Below, piece by piece: positions 38,522 to 51,862 of a DNA stretch of 55,373 nucleotides. This stretch comes from Octopus bimaculoides. Taxonomy: Eukaryota. Numbering within the stretch: position 1 is the stretch's first letter; the number at the start of each line of letters is the position of its first letter. Location: contig NC_068983.1 in the NCBI RefSeq assembly GCF_001194135.2, positions 67,538,300 to 67,593,672 on the forward strand, read 5' to 3'. The notes under the pieces are model-generated. The model was not told the DNA's origin. It saw only the letters and a list, made by a program, of their open reading frames with translations, and made no database searches. The position numbers and the translations under genes are program-made.

Positions 38522-41016
38522 AATTGCACTAAAGAGACATATAGTGACACTGATAGGAATAAAGTGCTCCAAGAAGTACTTGGGCTGAAGAAATCACCTG
38601 AGCCAAGAGTACAATTCGATTTGAGTGACATCAGACGGAAAGAAATTGATGAGTACATTAGAAAAGCAAGAACAAAGAGTTCACCAGGGAACGACGGCGT
38701 TAGCTGCAAGATTTATAAGCATTGCCCGAAATTGCGTTTACGACTATTCGCAGTGATAAGAGAAATGTGGAAGAAGAAAGGCGTAGAAGAGCGTTGGTAT
38801 ATAACTGAAGGTATCTATTTACCTAAAGAGAGGGAGACAAAAACATTAGGACAATTCATATCCATTTCACTGTTAAATATCGATGGGAAGATCATGTTCA
38901 GAATTATTACCAAGGAGAATCATAAGATTTGTACAGCATAACGGATATGTTAATGAAGCAATCCAGATGGCAGGGATCCCTGGAGACCCTAGATGCATAG
39001 AACATGCATTTACCATCTGAGAAGCTATCAACAGTGCAAAACAAGTGAAGAAAAACCTATATATTGTATGGCTAGATTTTGCCAATACATATGGATCTGT
39101 TCTACACGCACTAATTCAAGCAGCTATGGACTTCTTTTGGATTTCAGATGTTCAAACGAATTCTGATGTATCACTAGGATGAGATATACAGCAGAAAAGT
39201 TTTGCAACTGGATGTACAATATCAGTCATCTTATTTGTGCTAGTCATGAAGATGTTACTAAGATCAACAAACTGTACGAAAGCTGTTACAAAGACACCAT
39301 TAAAGGCTTTTATGGACGACATTACTGTATTGCCAGTAAGTAAAGAAGCAGCAGATGGAACGTTAGAGCGGTTGGGTGAGCTAATAGGATGGGCGAGAAG
39401 GAAATTCAAAGACAAGAAATCTCAAAGTGTGGCATTCGTCAAAGGCGTCCAAAAAGAAGTGAAGTTCAGGACAGGAGGCGAAGAAATACCAACCGTGAAA
39501 GAACAATCAGTAAAAAGTCTCGACAGATGGTACAGAGATTTATTATATGATAAGAAGCATGGCAAAGAAACACACGAATTAGTGGAACAAGGACTAAAGG
39601 CAATTGACAGAACAACATTACAGGGGAAATTCAAATGCTGGATACTGCAATTTGGACTGTACCCAAGGATAATGTGGCCATTGCAAATGTACGAAATAAC
39701 CTCAAATAGAGTAGAATGGATAGAACAAAGAAGCAGTGTGCTTATCAGGAAATGGCTTGGTCTTCCAAAACCGCTGAATACAACTGCACTATATGGAAAA
39801 CCCGTGCTGCAACAACCGATAACATCAATCGTCGAAGAATATAAGGCAGGAAAGGTGAGGGCAGTAATGGCGCTAAGGTATTCGAAAGATCAGAACATCC
39901 GAGAAAACCCTCAAGAGGTACGAACAGGGAGTAAATGGAAAGCTGAAGAAGCAGTAAACAGTGCGATCGGAAAGCTAAGGCATGCCGATATAGTCGGAGC
40001 GACACATGAAGCAAGAACCGGTCTAGAGTTACAAAATTTCAAACCATTTTGCTTGAGCAGTGTAAAAGAGATGAAGGAGGCAGTGGTACACGAAATGAGA
40101 AAGGAGGAAAAAGAACAGTGAAATGTACATTTTGTGCCATGTAGTCAACAGGGACAGTGCCTGAGAGGGAAGAAATATGTGGTCAGCCGCAGAATCTCAT
40201 GGAAGGAGGTTTGGGCTTGGGAACAAGCAAGAACATTTTTCCTAATCAAGTCACCGGCCAATTTAGTCTGGTGGAACTTATAAACGAATGATGAATGTAA
40301 ATGCGGAGAGAAAGCGACTCTGAGATATGTTCTGTCAAACTACAAGCTAATACTAGACAGATATACATGGCGTCACAACTAGGTCCTCAGTGTCATAAGC
40401 GTGGTACTCAAGGAGAAGATCGAGGGATATAATAGGAGTGAGTACCTAAAAGTGGAAAAAACACAGAAGGATATGCTTCCAGAAGGAGGAAAAAGGACAT
40501 AAGACCCGGCCTTCAAAAAAAGTATACAAGACATACGAAAGATGAAAGGGATACTGGGAGTTGGTTGCAGATTTGGAAAGATTGTTAATGTCCACTCATA
40601 AAGACAACAAAAAGACCAGACTTAGTCCTTTGGAATATGGACTGAAAAACTGGAATTTTACTAGAGCTGACAGAACCGTGGGAAGAGAACATCTCTAATG
40701 TGGAGCAACGGAAGGAGAGGAGGCATGAGAAGTTGATCGAAGAGTGCTGAGAACAGATGTGGACTGTCGAGTATTACCACTTGGCAGCGGGAGCTAGAGG
40801 CTTCCTTGAAAGGAAAATAGTAACGTTATTTAAAAAAATGATTTGCGTTTTCGAGCACAGAGCTGAGAAAAGTAATAAGGAGGATGTAGGAGGCAGTCGG
40901 CAAGGCCAGCTTCTATATATGACTGAAACGAGAAGACCCAAATAACTCGAAAGCCATAATATGCTGCCTGTGAAATAGCGACGCCAGGTGAGGCTGGCTG
41001 TCACGTTGCTGAGTGA

Positions 41017-41279
41017 CATCGCGTTCATTGCGCGCCATCTTCCCCGATAATTCGAAGGCTTGTACCACGAGACAGCTAGTCTGGTTGCTGGATCTGAAGT
41101 TCACATAACTCTGTTGGAAGGCATAAAGAGAGCACGGGCCAAAACTACGCGCTCTTCTCCTCCATTGGTAAGTAGACTGTGCCACCTCATAGTTAGTCGA
41201 AGCTGAGACTGTATCACGTGACAGTTAACTGGTGCTGGCTACTGGGGAAGATTTAAAGGGAGAATTGTCAGGGTGGTTA
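41017..41279 (+). repeat. About 265-bp direct repeat, 3' copy, within the element's 3' UTR
   Basis: See 38249-38521. Confidence 0.9.
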
Positions 41280-41409
41280 TTCGTCCACTGACATTTGTTG
41301 ACGTTGCATGGAAGACGACGCAACCAAAGAACAAGAAAACGCATTCAGCACCAGAGCTGAAGACACCTCCGAAAGTTGGCGGTGGAGGGGGAGGCACCAC
41401 GTCAGAAAA

Positions 41410-41463
41410 CGGTCGAGGAGTAGGGGCCGAAACCGGACGTGGTTCCTCCTGATGACGTCCTTA
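41410..41463 (+). ncRNA. Hammerhead-ribozyme-like motif with non-circularly permuted segment order
   Basis: CGGUC-GAGGAG | UAGGGGCC-GAAA-CCG | linker | UUCCUC-CUGAUGA-CGUCCUUA: all three stems pair (4, 6 and 7 bp), the core is intact and the triplet is GUC. Confidence 0.6.
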
Positions 41464-42086
41464 GCTACTGGATCCCATTAAATAGTTGCTGAGTTAGCGA
41501 ACAACGAAACGTGATTGGAATTCCTATAGATTGCTGGATTTTAAGCACAAGATTCTGTGCATACATGCAAATATACTTAAGCAAAGTTTCTGTCTACCAA
41601 ATTCGATAAAATAAGCTATTATTAAATCCGAAGCTGCGGCAGAAGACGCATGCGTCAAGATGCCACACATTAGAATCGAACTGTAAACTACGTAGTCGCG
41701 GATCGAAACCATTTCAATGGCTTTAAATGGATGACGGACAAATCGTCTTATTTATCAGAAATCGGTCCAGCGCATGTAATTTTCTCACTCTTCTTGAAAG
41801 TATTAATCTTCAACACTAAGTTACTCACTAATTTTATTGTACTAGGATAAATATCACATGTTAAATATCAAATGTAGCATTGAAAATAAAAGGTTTAATT
41901 TCGGCAGAACAGGAAATTTAAGCGGAAACCCACGAATGCTAACGAATCACAAAAACTGCTCTTCCTATCTGTCTTTACCATTTTGCTAGTGCTTTTCTCC
42001 ATACACTCATAATTTGTTCCACAGCTAGACAACATTATACACACCATTATACTGAAACTAGTCGATATTTTCTTCAGCTCATCCAG

Positions 42087-42129
<43 letters not shown>

Positions 42130-42281
42130 GGACAGGGAAACAGACAAAACGGAGACAGAAACAGAGAGAGACAGAGAGAGACAGAGAGAGAGACAGAGAG
42201 ACAGAGAGACAGAGACAGAGAGAGACAGAGATAGAGAGACAGAGAGACAGACAGAGATACAGCCAGAAAGACAGAGAGTGC

Positions 42282-42313
<32 letters not shown>

Positions 42314-42416
42314 CAGAGACAGAGAGAGACAGAAAGACAGACAGAGATACAGCCAGAAAAACAGAGTGCGTGTGTGTGTGAGAGAGAGAGAGAGAGTGTG
42401 TGTGTGNNNNNNNNNN

Positions 42417-42462
<46 letters not shown>

Positions 42463-42490
42463 GAGGGAGAGAGAGTGGGAGAAAGAGAGA
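42087..42490. repeat. (GA)n/(GACA)n/(GT)n compound repeat with an internal duplication of about 65 bp
   Basis: ACAGACAGAGATACAGCCAGAAA.ACAGAG.GTGCGTGTG occurs twice. Confidence 0.9.
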
Positions 42491-42931
42491 GACTCCTGTT
42501 GTTTAATCACAGAAGTCGATTCACATAGTATGGCTAAATGTCTGTTTATTAAACGTACGGACATATGTAAATTCATTTTCTACATATCGATACATACTGT
42601 TCTATCATTACTTTAGCTCCTTACACGTGTGTGTGTGCGTGTGTGTGCGTGTGTGTACGTGGGCATGTGTTTAATCTGTACACGAAGGGGAAACGTACTA
42701 TAAAGTTATAGCTTGGAATAAATGAATAAACTCTACAATAGCTTTTGAATATTCTTTTTCTCTCCTTTGCTTCGTAGACCTATAAAACGCATTCACAAGC
42801 ACGCGTGCATACACGCACATATATATACATACTTACACATATATTCGTGTACGTCTCATGTGTATACTTGTATGAATGCATATATATGTGTGTGCGCGCG
42901 CTAATACATAGGTGCACATACACACACACAT

Positions 42932-42981
<50 letters not shown>

Positions 42982-43800
42982 AAACACTTTTGCGTACTAC
43001 GAAACTGGCGAGAATTCACCTGTCTGACTAGGGAAATATATTTTAAAAGAATATATCAAAGACAGTTGAAATCTGCATTTCAGCTCCTGTAGGCTGCACT
43101 TGTAAAAGTTGTTATCAATATTATCGGAATTCTTTGATGTAAATCGAACACCGATTGAAACCAGTTCTGCATTTGATCTCAGCCAAATATTCAACTATAG
43201 TTGACTTCAAAAAGAATTTCCCAGACGACTAAATTTATCACAAGAATTTAGGCTGTAAAACAAATAATTAAAGTCTTACTAGTTTTCAATTTCACACAAG
43301 CAAAATATATTTATATTCTTTTACTTGTCTACGTCATGGGACTGTTGTGATACTGAGGAACTACTTCTAGGGGTTTATTGTCGATAATATTGACCCCGGT
43401 GCTTTGTCTAGTGCTTATCTTACTGATAGTGTAAGAAACAGAATGCAACGTGGTTATTGGTAGAAATAGTGGTAATTCGGTCGGATATATATAACGCAAA
43501 ATATCAATTATGGAATATACTGTTATTTGTCTCTACACGCCCATGCAAATACACATATACTCAAAGAGAGCAAAGCAAATCCGTAGCTTTCACCTGTTGC
43601 TAACAAAGATAACATGCACCCACACTCTTCATTTGCAGAAAAATTTAAACCACTTCAGAACGTAGAAAATATCTCGCTTATTTGCCAAGCCATGTCTGAC
43701 GATTGCTAATTTACTTTTACATTACCGGGGAAACTCTTTAACATGAAACCGTTCATAGAAACTGAACAAGATTAAATTCGATAATGTGGCTGAGATTATA

Positions 43801-43831
<31 letters not shown>

Positions 43832-43888
43832 NNNNNNNNNNNNNNNNNNNNNNNNNNNNNNNNNNNNNNNNNNNNNNNNNNNNNNTAT

Positions 43889-43955
<67 letters not shown>

Positions 43956-43957
43956 TC

Positions 43958-45015
43958 AGTGATATAACTGCCGTTTAATTTCACTATCTTCTGCAATCTT
44001 GTGGACAGATCCATTATTTCCTGCTCATAGAATTCCGTCTTTACTTGCGAAGCATTCTCCCAGGTTAATTTTTACACTATCTTCGGAATTGAAGGTCATC
44101 TATTCAATGAATTTTGAAATCTAAAGGATGGAAATCTAAAGGAGTCCGGTCGGGCGAATATAGAGGAGGAGGTAAAACTTTCCAGCCGAGCCCCAGTAAC
44201 ATCTGCTGCGTCTGCAAAGAAACGTGTCCTTACGACAATGCCCTTACGATTAGCAAGTTCTGGACACTTCTGGAGCTTGCTCGTTTAATTTGTCCAGCTG
44301 GTCACAGTACGTATCCGCTTTGATGACCTTGTTCGTGGGAAGAAGCTCGTAAAAAAATTACACCCTTCCAATCCCACCAAATTGAAAGCATAAGTCTTTG
44401 TGTGAAATCCTACTTTGGAAGTTGTCTATGGCAGTTCGCTTCGCTTCCACCATGATCGTTTGGATTTCACATTATTGTAGACGATCCATTTTTCGTCCCC
44501 TGTCGCCATTCTCCTTAAAAGGACCGATTTCTTCACGCAGATGGGCTTTTGTTGGGCCATGTTCTCATTCAATTGATGTGGCACTCAAACATCGAGCCTC
44601 ATAATGGAACTAAGTTGATACAGATGGTTTTCAACACACGATTTAGATATTTGGAAAATATCTGCATTTGTTCTGGTCGTATAGCTGTCTCGACAAACTC
44701 CTTCACTTTATCGCTGTTAAGATCAATAGGTCGGTCAATTCAAGGTTCATCTTGAACGGAAAAAATTCCCTCTCGAAATCTTCAAAACCACCTCCGGTAC
44801 ACATGTTCCGTAACAGCACCCTATATGTACACAACTCATACCTTCCGCTGATTATTTTGCCTTCTTTTAAAATTAAAAAAAAGCATGACATGTCGAAATG
44901 TTCGTTTTGGCTCCCCATTTTCAGGGTGATCTCAAGCACACCGACTCGTCGAACTACAATAGTATGTCAGCTATTTAACGTGTGTGCTTACAAATGAACT
45001 TTTTGACCAACCCAA
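43958..45015 (-). mobile_element. Decayed mariner element (5' TIR intact, 3' end lost into (GATA)n and a gap)
   Basis: TA-TTGGGTTGGTCAAAAAGTTC TIR at 45017-44996; fragments MGSQNEHF..KEGK, LGWKVLP..YSPD, QKIVKLNGSYITD. Confidence 0.85.
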
Positions 45016-45628
45016 TATATGACGCATTGTATATTTACGTTAAGTAACAGAATATATGATATATACCGTGGATCTCGAACCCACATTTATTCGCTAATCA
45101 CTCGATGTAATGAACAATAAGTGCTATATAACGTCCTGACTGAAAATATCATTAGGTATGTTAGCACACGGTCTCCGTATTCTACTAATCCAGCTATAAT
45201 TTTATAGAAGGTGTCACACAGCATTATGCAATTACGCTAAGAGGTAACTCAGAAAAGTTAGGGACGATACGCAACGCGATACACTATTCTCACTACTATG
45301 ACTTAACGTAGTGGCTGTATGGTCATTGGAGCTGCTCGGTCAAATCCCCCTCAAATCCCCTTTGTCTTCGAAAGTGATACATAGGATTACGTGATCCTCA
45401 TTTCTTTGAGAAAAAAGAGGCAAACGACCGCATGAAGATCGCTAGAATATTTTTACGCATAGATGTACTCCAGCAGAAAAGAGCGAGGCTCAAATAGCAA
45501 AACAAACAGCTGACACGAGCCAACACAGTCTCTACAAAATATCAGCCAAATGTATCATAGATGGCACCGTACTATCATGAAAGGGCAAGTAAAATAGCAG
45601 GGTGATTAAAAAAGAAATTGGAATATTT

Positions 45629-45857
45629 TTGACCATACTAGCATTCAGATTCCTCTTTGAAATGTAATTCTTATTTATTCACATTGATATGAATTAGTCG
45701 TGCACTACCTTGTAGCTTTGAGATTTCAATTTAGTGAGTGTTAATTTTTAGAATAACTTTGTAGGGTAAGTGTAAGAGACCAGATCTAGCAAGTTTGAAG
45801 ATAAAATAGGTAGATTATTTTGGCTGGATATGGCCGGTTTAAATGTTAAAGAGTTAA
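45629..45857. mobile_element. piggyBac-type MITE, diverged
   Basis: Ends TTGACCATACTAGCATT ... AATGTTAAAGAGTTAA resemble TTAA-CCC/GGG-TTAA termini. The body is recalled as a common octopus MITE. Confidence 0.5.
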
Positions 45858-46984
45858 GCTTTAAGATTCTCAACAGCAGTTATGAGTATTCGACTCTACG
45901 AGGAGAGCGCCGACATTGTCACTGGATTTGCTATAAATAACAACAAAATCTACCTTAGTTCCACACCTTGCTGTCTTTGTTGTTTTGGATTTACTTCCAG
46001 CCTTTTATTATTTCACTCATTCTCTTGATTTATCATCTCTATTTTCTTTCGTTTTCGTTCATTTTATCTCTTTTATTATGATTCATTTATTTTCTACCTA
46101 CATGCAATTCCTTATTCCTTCCATTTGTTGTTTGTTATGTTTTTATTTTTCCTCCATTTACGTTCATCCATTTTATCCTACTTTATTTCCTCTTTATCGT
46201 TAATTCCTCTCTCCCTTCTATATTTCTTCTAACTTCTAGTACCGAATAAAATCTCTGTCTATTTAAGTTTCAATAGAATAGCCAGTAAATATATATATAT
46301 ATATATATATANNNNNNNNNNNNNNNNNNNNNNNNNNNNNNNNNNNNNNNNNNNNNNNNNNNNNNNNNNNNNNNNNNNNNNNNNNNNNNNATATATATAC
46401 ATATATATGTATATATATCCCCGAGACAGGGTAGTTTTTTTTTGTACGTTGACCGCTGTTCTCTTTAAAAGTTAAGCTTCTTTACAATTTTCCTTTAATA
46501 ATAAATAATCGAATTAACATCCAAACATAATTATTTCTAAATCCGATCTTCTGATAATAACATGGGAAAATTTCTGATAATAGTCTCGTTTTCATACTAC
46601 TTTGTTTTTTATGAGTTTGTACACATGCAAACACACGCTTGCGCGCAATATGTATGTGTGCGTGAGTGTGTGTGTGCGCGCGCGTGCGATTGTGTGTATA
46701 CACACACGTATATATTACTACGAGCTGCATTCACTTTATCTTCCAAACATTTGGATTAGCTGATATTATTGAAATTATTTCCAAAACTATCCTTAATTTT
46801 GAGCACAGAGGGAGTTTTTGCCAATACATTGCAAGGATAGTTTCAGTTACTAAAAGTTTTTCAAATCCACTGTATCATACAGAATTATATTCTCCCTCTG
46901 CCTTTCTTTGATATACATACGCACAAAACTACATACATAATACATACATACATACATACATACATGCTGCCCCAAAATGCTATC

Positions 46985-47480
46985 AACGTTCTACCTCCGT
47001 ATGCGATATGACGTTGTCACAAAAACAATATACTGTCCTTGAATGAATATGGAAGATCTCCTTGTTATTGAATGCATACACAAATACCAACACAGGGAAC
47101 ACTGGTGGAACATTCCCATCAAAATATCTGTCAAGTGTAAACATAACAGGCCGAATATTGTTGTTTGAGACAGACAAGAAAAAGCATATACCGTCATGGA
47201 GGTCAGCTGTCCTATTGATATGAATATGTTTTTTGAAAATCAAAGAGAAAGAAGATAATTATGGACAACTGATTGGAATCCCCAGTTTCTATATCCGGAC
47301 AGCAAATTTTCATTTATACCAATAATAATTGGAGCACTTGGTTTTATAAGTAAATACCTTACTATCTGTCGGGATAAGCTTGAGTTTCCAGAAGAAGAAA
47401 AAACTGACTTGCACATTGCGAATGCAATCTGTAACCGGAACAGCAAACCAAAGCAAGACTTTTCTCAGGTTTATAATGTG
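46985..47480 (+). mobile_element. R4/Dong LINE 3' fragment (REL endonuclease), decayed
   Basis: WWNIPIK..KHNRPNIVV*DRQEK..VMEVSCPID; KIKEKEDNYGQL; FIPIIIGALG: RPD-E-K type restriction-like endonuclease motifs. Confidence 0.8.
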
Positions 47481-48321
47481 AAACATTGGGAGTTTGTTGC
47501 TTTTGGAATGTGGTGAGGTGATGGGTGGATGTTTGGGAAGGAGAGTTTAGTGTTTCTTTCAGAAAAAAAAGGAAGAAGAAAATTCTTTAAGATTCGTTTT
47601 TTCTGTCTTTTTCTCCGTGGATTAAAAAGAAAAATATTTTTTTAAAAAGTAAAAATGAAGAAATTGGGGTGGGGAGGGAGTAAATAAAAATTAGGCGATA
47701 TCCTAATCTTGTATCGAAAACAAGAATTGGAAGAAGTTNNNNNNNNNNNNNNNNNNNNNNNNNNNNNNNNNNNNNNNNNNNNNNNNNNNNNNNNNNNNNN
47801 NNNNNNNNNNNNNNNNNNNNNNNNNNNNNNNNNNNNNNNNNNNNNNNNNNNNNNNNNNNNNNNNNNNNNNNNNNNNNNNNNNNNNNNNNNNNNNNNNNNN
47901 NNNNNNNNNNNNNNNNNNNNNNNNNNNNNNNNNNNNNNNNNNNNNNNNNNNNNNNNNNNNNNNNNNNNNNNNNNNNNNNNNNNNNNNNNNNNNNNNNNNN
48001 NNNNNNNNNNNNNNNNNNNNNNNNNNNNNNNNNNNNNNNNNNNNNNNNNNNNNNNNNNNNNNNNNNNNNNNNNNNNNNNNNNNNNNNNNNNNNNNNNNNN
48101 NNNNNNNATCATATAGTTGGTCATATGGGATCATATGATTGTTCGTTAATTTCGTAATTTTTAAAATTTTTTTATACTTGGATGAGAGCAGAAATTGAAA
48201 GAGAGGAGAAAGTGAAAACGAGACATTTGTTTTGAAGTGAGAGCAGAAATTAAAAGACGTATGCATGTGCATATGAAATGGACGTTTGTGTATGTGTGTG
48301 TATTCGTGTGTGTGCGTGTGC

Positions 48322-48378
<57 letters not shown>

Positions 48379-48847
48379 TGAGTGAAGGTGTGTGTTGTCA
48401 TGTATCTATTTTTTGCCTGTGTATGTAAGTGGCACTCACTCGCTCTCTCTCTCTCTCGCTCGCTTTCTCTCTCACAAACACACACACATTATCTTTCATA
48501 TACACGTACATAAATACATATCCATACGTATTTTTTATATGTGTGTGCGTGTGCATGTGCATATGTGTGAGAGAGAGAATGAGTGACTGTATTTCCACAT
48601 AACATACAGAGATTGGTTGTGGATTATTTTAATACAATATTTATGTGTACATTTTCATAAACGTCTGTCTGAGTAGAATTCTACGCATGCGTGAAACATC
48701 GGACGAAAGTGAAAGATTAGAAGCAAATCGAAATATTGCCCGAAAATGACCTCAAAAGTGTGCGACCCCCACCTCGTTTCTGAGGTTATTTTAGTAGTAA
48801 AGAAGAGTTGTTGTACCAAGAACATAGTTTATTTGGTAGCCCTTATA

Positions 48848-49769
48848 TTGGATCATTCCATAAATAATAGGGTTTTATTTTATACTTCTTTTATTTTTCA
48901 AAATTAAGATATACAATGTTCTTTTTTAATCTAAAATATATATCTCCAATTTCTACAATGCTCTTCCATCTATCTGGTAGAATTGCAAGGCCCCTCTTCC
49001 GAAATTCACTTGTTCGTGACGAAAAATACTCCTTCACTATTTTTCTGACCTGGTCTACAGAATTCATATTTTTTCCGTGCAAATGATTTTGAAGACTGCG
49101 GAATAAATGATAATCAGATGGGGCAATGTCCGGCAAATATGGTGGGTGGGGCCTCATTTCCCATTCAAACTGCTTCAGCCTTTGGAATGTCATCCTCACT
49201 GTATGTGGCCGAGCATTATCCTGATGGAAAAACACCCGTCATCTTGGAACCAAAGATGCTCGTTTTTCTTCTAGCACTGACTTGAACGACTGATTGAATG
49301 ACCAAATCCAAGCTTCCCTGCTAGTTCCTCAACAGTTGTAATGGTATTTGTTCCACTAGGGCTTACACGATGACCTCGTCGATCTCTACAGATCGTCCAG
49401 GACGAGACTCGTCTTCTAGGCTATAATTTCCGGCTCGGAATTTCTGGAACCACAGTTGAGACAGGCTTACGCTTATTGTCCGAGCTTCATATACGGCATT
49501 AATATTTCTCGCACTTTCCGTTGCATTGTTGCCTTCATTGAACTTATAAAGCAAAATACGCCGAATATACTCTTTGTCACTTTCATTATAACTTTGAAAA
49601 CATAACTGTTAAAATCTAACTGCAATCTTGAAAGCTTGCACTAAGAATAATAACCAGGTAAAATTACTACCTGCTTTTATATCAAGTTGATGCAGGTAGT
49701 TTATCCCGTCCTCCTCAGACTTTTAGTTCATACAATTGAAATAACCGCATTACTTATGGAATGACCCAA
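48848..49769 (-). mobile_element. Mariner element with both TIRs and TA TSDs, internally deleted (922 bp)
   Basis: TIRs TTGGATCATTCCATAAATAATAGGGTT and TTGGGTCATTCCATAAGTAATGCGGTT. N-terminal HTH (FNEGNNATESARNINAVY..WFQKFRAGNYSLED..GRSVE) and C-terminal HQDNARPH..HPPYLPDIAPSDYHLF are present; the central WVPHEL/first-Asp region is absent. Confidence 0.93.
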
Positions 49770-49936
49770 TATATATAGATATATGATAAGCAGCTTTCTT
49801 TATTATAGCACAGATGTGACTAATTCGGCGAAACATTACTTTCATTGTTCACACATCGTCACACTCGTTTCATATTAAGAAATGTAGGAAAATATGTTAG
49901 TGTCTTAACTTTTGAAGCCGATTATATAGGGAAAGG

Positions 49937-50052
<116 letters not shown>

Positions 50053-50805
50053 CAGAGAATAGGTGACAGGTAGATATGCTCAGTATACTGTTGCTCAAGA
50101 GAATTTGAACTCAAATTCCGAATTCTTCTTCCAGGACGAGGTTCACGACATCGAGTGCGGCTATAAGAGAAATGCGAGACAAGTTGAAATTGAGGCAGCG
50201 ATGCAGATAAACACAATTGGGCTATCCTTTACCATCATAATACCACATTACTTCATATGTTCTCTGAAATATACGAACAGATTCGCCACTCTTATTCAAT
50301 GCCATGTATAATGAACCACTGGGGAAGGTCTTATACATTTACGCTCTACCTGCGAGAAATCATTATCAGATTCGCGTCAAATGACAACCTTACCATTTTA
50401 AAAAGAAAAAGAATACACATTAATCAGCACAGAACCTGATACAGGGAGAAGTTGAATTATCATGAATTGAATGCTTTTGAGCACACGTGTACTGGATCAA
50501 AGCAAATTTAATGTAACCGATTACTTTCGATATGAAATTTTGTACCTGTCTCCAAATTGTACAATTTTCAATTTAATTTTTCACTAAGCATGAAATCTCA
50601 TTGGAAAGCAAGGAAATAAGAAAATATGACATTCATACCTTTCTCAACAAGATTAGCGGATGGTAGGAAATCGCTTATACCTGAAATCGAAACAGTGTTG
50701 TATTATCCGACTGGATTTTGAGTACTTACCTCTTACTTTATAGTGACGTTATATTTACGAATAAAATATGGATGTTTAAGTCCTATCACTTACTTTAACC
50801 ACACA

Positions 50806-50872
<67 letters not shown>

Positions 50873-51179
50873 CATACATACATACATACATACATACATA
50901 CACACACACATATATCAGTAATGACATATTTTCTATCCACAGCTTAATTCATCCGAAATGCTATAAAGCAACTCTAAAGTACTGAATAAAATATTTAAGA
51001 TGAATTTTAAAACCATGACTATTGTCTTTATGAAAGGAATGGACCGGATTAAAAAGAAAAGATTATTCCAAACAAAAAAAGATGAGGTAAATACCTTCAT
51101 AATTCCTTCCTCTCACGTATACACCCCACGTATGCTCACACCTACATATTATATTATATTATATTATATTTCTATATAT

Positions 51180-51330
51180 AGGCACAAGTGTGGCTATGTG
51201 ATCAGAAGCTTGCTTCCCAACCACATGGTTCCGGGTTTAGTCCTACTGTGTGGCACCTGGAGCAGTGTCTTCTACTATAGCTTCAGGACAACGAAGCCAT
51301 GTGACGGAAACTGAAAGAAGCCCGTCATAT
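51180..51330 (+). mobile_element. SINE family B 5' half
   Basis: Head and CORE-like segment, running into (TA)n and a gap. Confidence 0.8.
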
Positions 51331-51614
51331 ATATATATATATANNNNNNNNNNNNNNNNNNNNNNNNNNNNNNNNAATTCGAAAAAGTTAAGTCCTCATT
51401 AGGGATTATATAATCCAAGGTTTTCCATTGGTTCAATCTGTATCATATAATGGTAAAGTCATTTGTATATGTTTAAGGCTATTGAAATTATTAATATTGA
51501 AGGAAAAACAAGGAGAAGAAAATGGAGAATAAATGGATGTAATTACTGATTTATTTGCATGTTGTAGAAAGATGACGTGTTTCTTTTTTAAATATTACAA
51601 ATAAATCGGAGATT

Positions 51615-51862
51615 GAAAGCTCAAAAAAGTTTTTAAAAAAACGTAAGTAGAATCTACATATATGTTTCTGTCAAATCAATAAGTAGTTGGAAATTTCCAA
51701 AAGAAATTGTCACATTCATGCTATTTTATGGCTGGACTTCTTTAGGGTTCAAATTTTCTTGACATTAAGCATGTTTTGGAAATTCCCAACTACTCATTGA
51801 TTTGACAGAAACATATATGTAGGTTTTTCTTCCGTTTTTTTTCTAAATTTTTTTGAGCTTTC
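51615..51862. mobile_element. MITE-like inverted repeat (about 88-bp arms, 71-bp spacer)
   Basis: GAAAGCTCAAAAAA..CTACATATATGTTTCTGTCAAATCAAT.AGTAGTTGG.AATTTCCAAAA (51615-51702) versus its reverse complement at 51774-51862. Confidence 0.8.

Larger units (their letters stand above)
38520..41465 (+). mobile_element. Decayed, 5'-truncated HERO-like non-LTR retrotransposon (RT plus REL endonuclease; R2/NeSL group)
   Basis: KARTKSSPGNDG..YKHCPKL..EGIYLPKE..SISLLNIDGKI; IQMAGIPG..CIEH; WLDFANTYGSV..H; GCTISVILFVLVM; KAFMDDITV; GKFKCWILQFGLYPRIMWPLQMYEI; RYTWRHN; KRPDLVLW..ILLELTEPWEEN..KERRHEKL..GARGF. Several stops and frameshifts. Clade call is from recalled HERO motifs (AFMDD, PR..WPL). Confidence 0.88.

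Noticed and set aside
41357-41374. CUGAAGA-CACCUCC-GAAA just upstream of the permuted motif
   Set aside because: The spacer cannot form stem II and no stem III partner with a UH site was found.
50063-50311. 82-aa ORF with an internal pyrimidine-rich acceptor (TTCTTCTTCCAG)
   Set aside because: No donor or recognisable domain in any frame.
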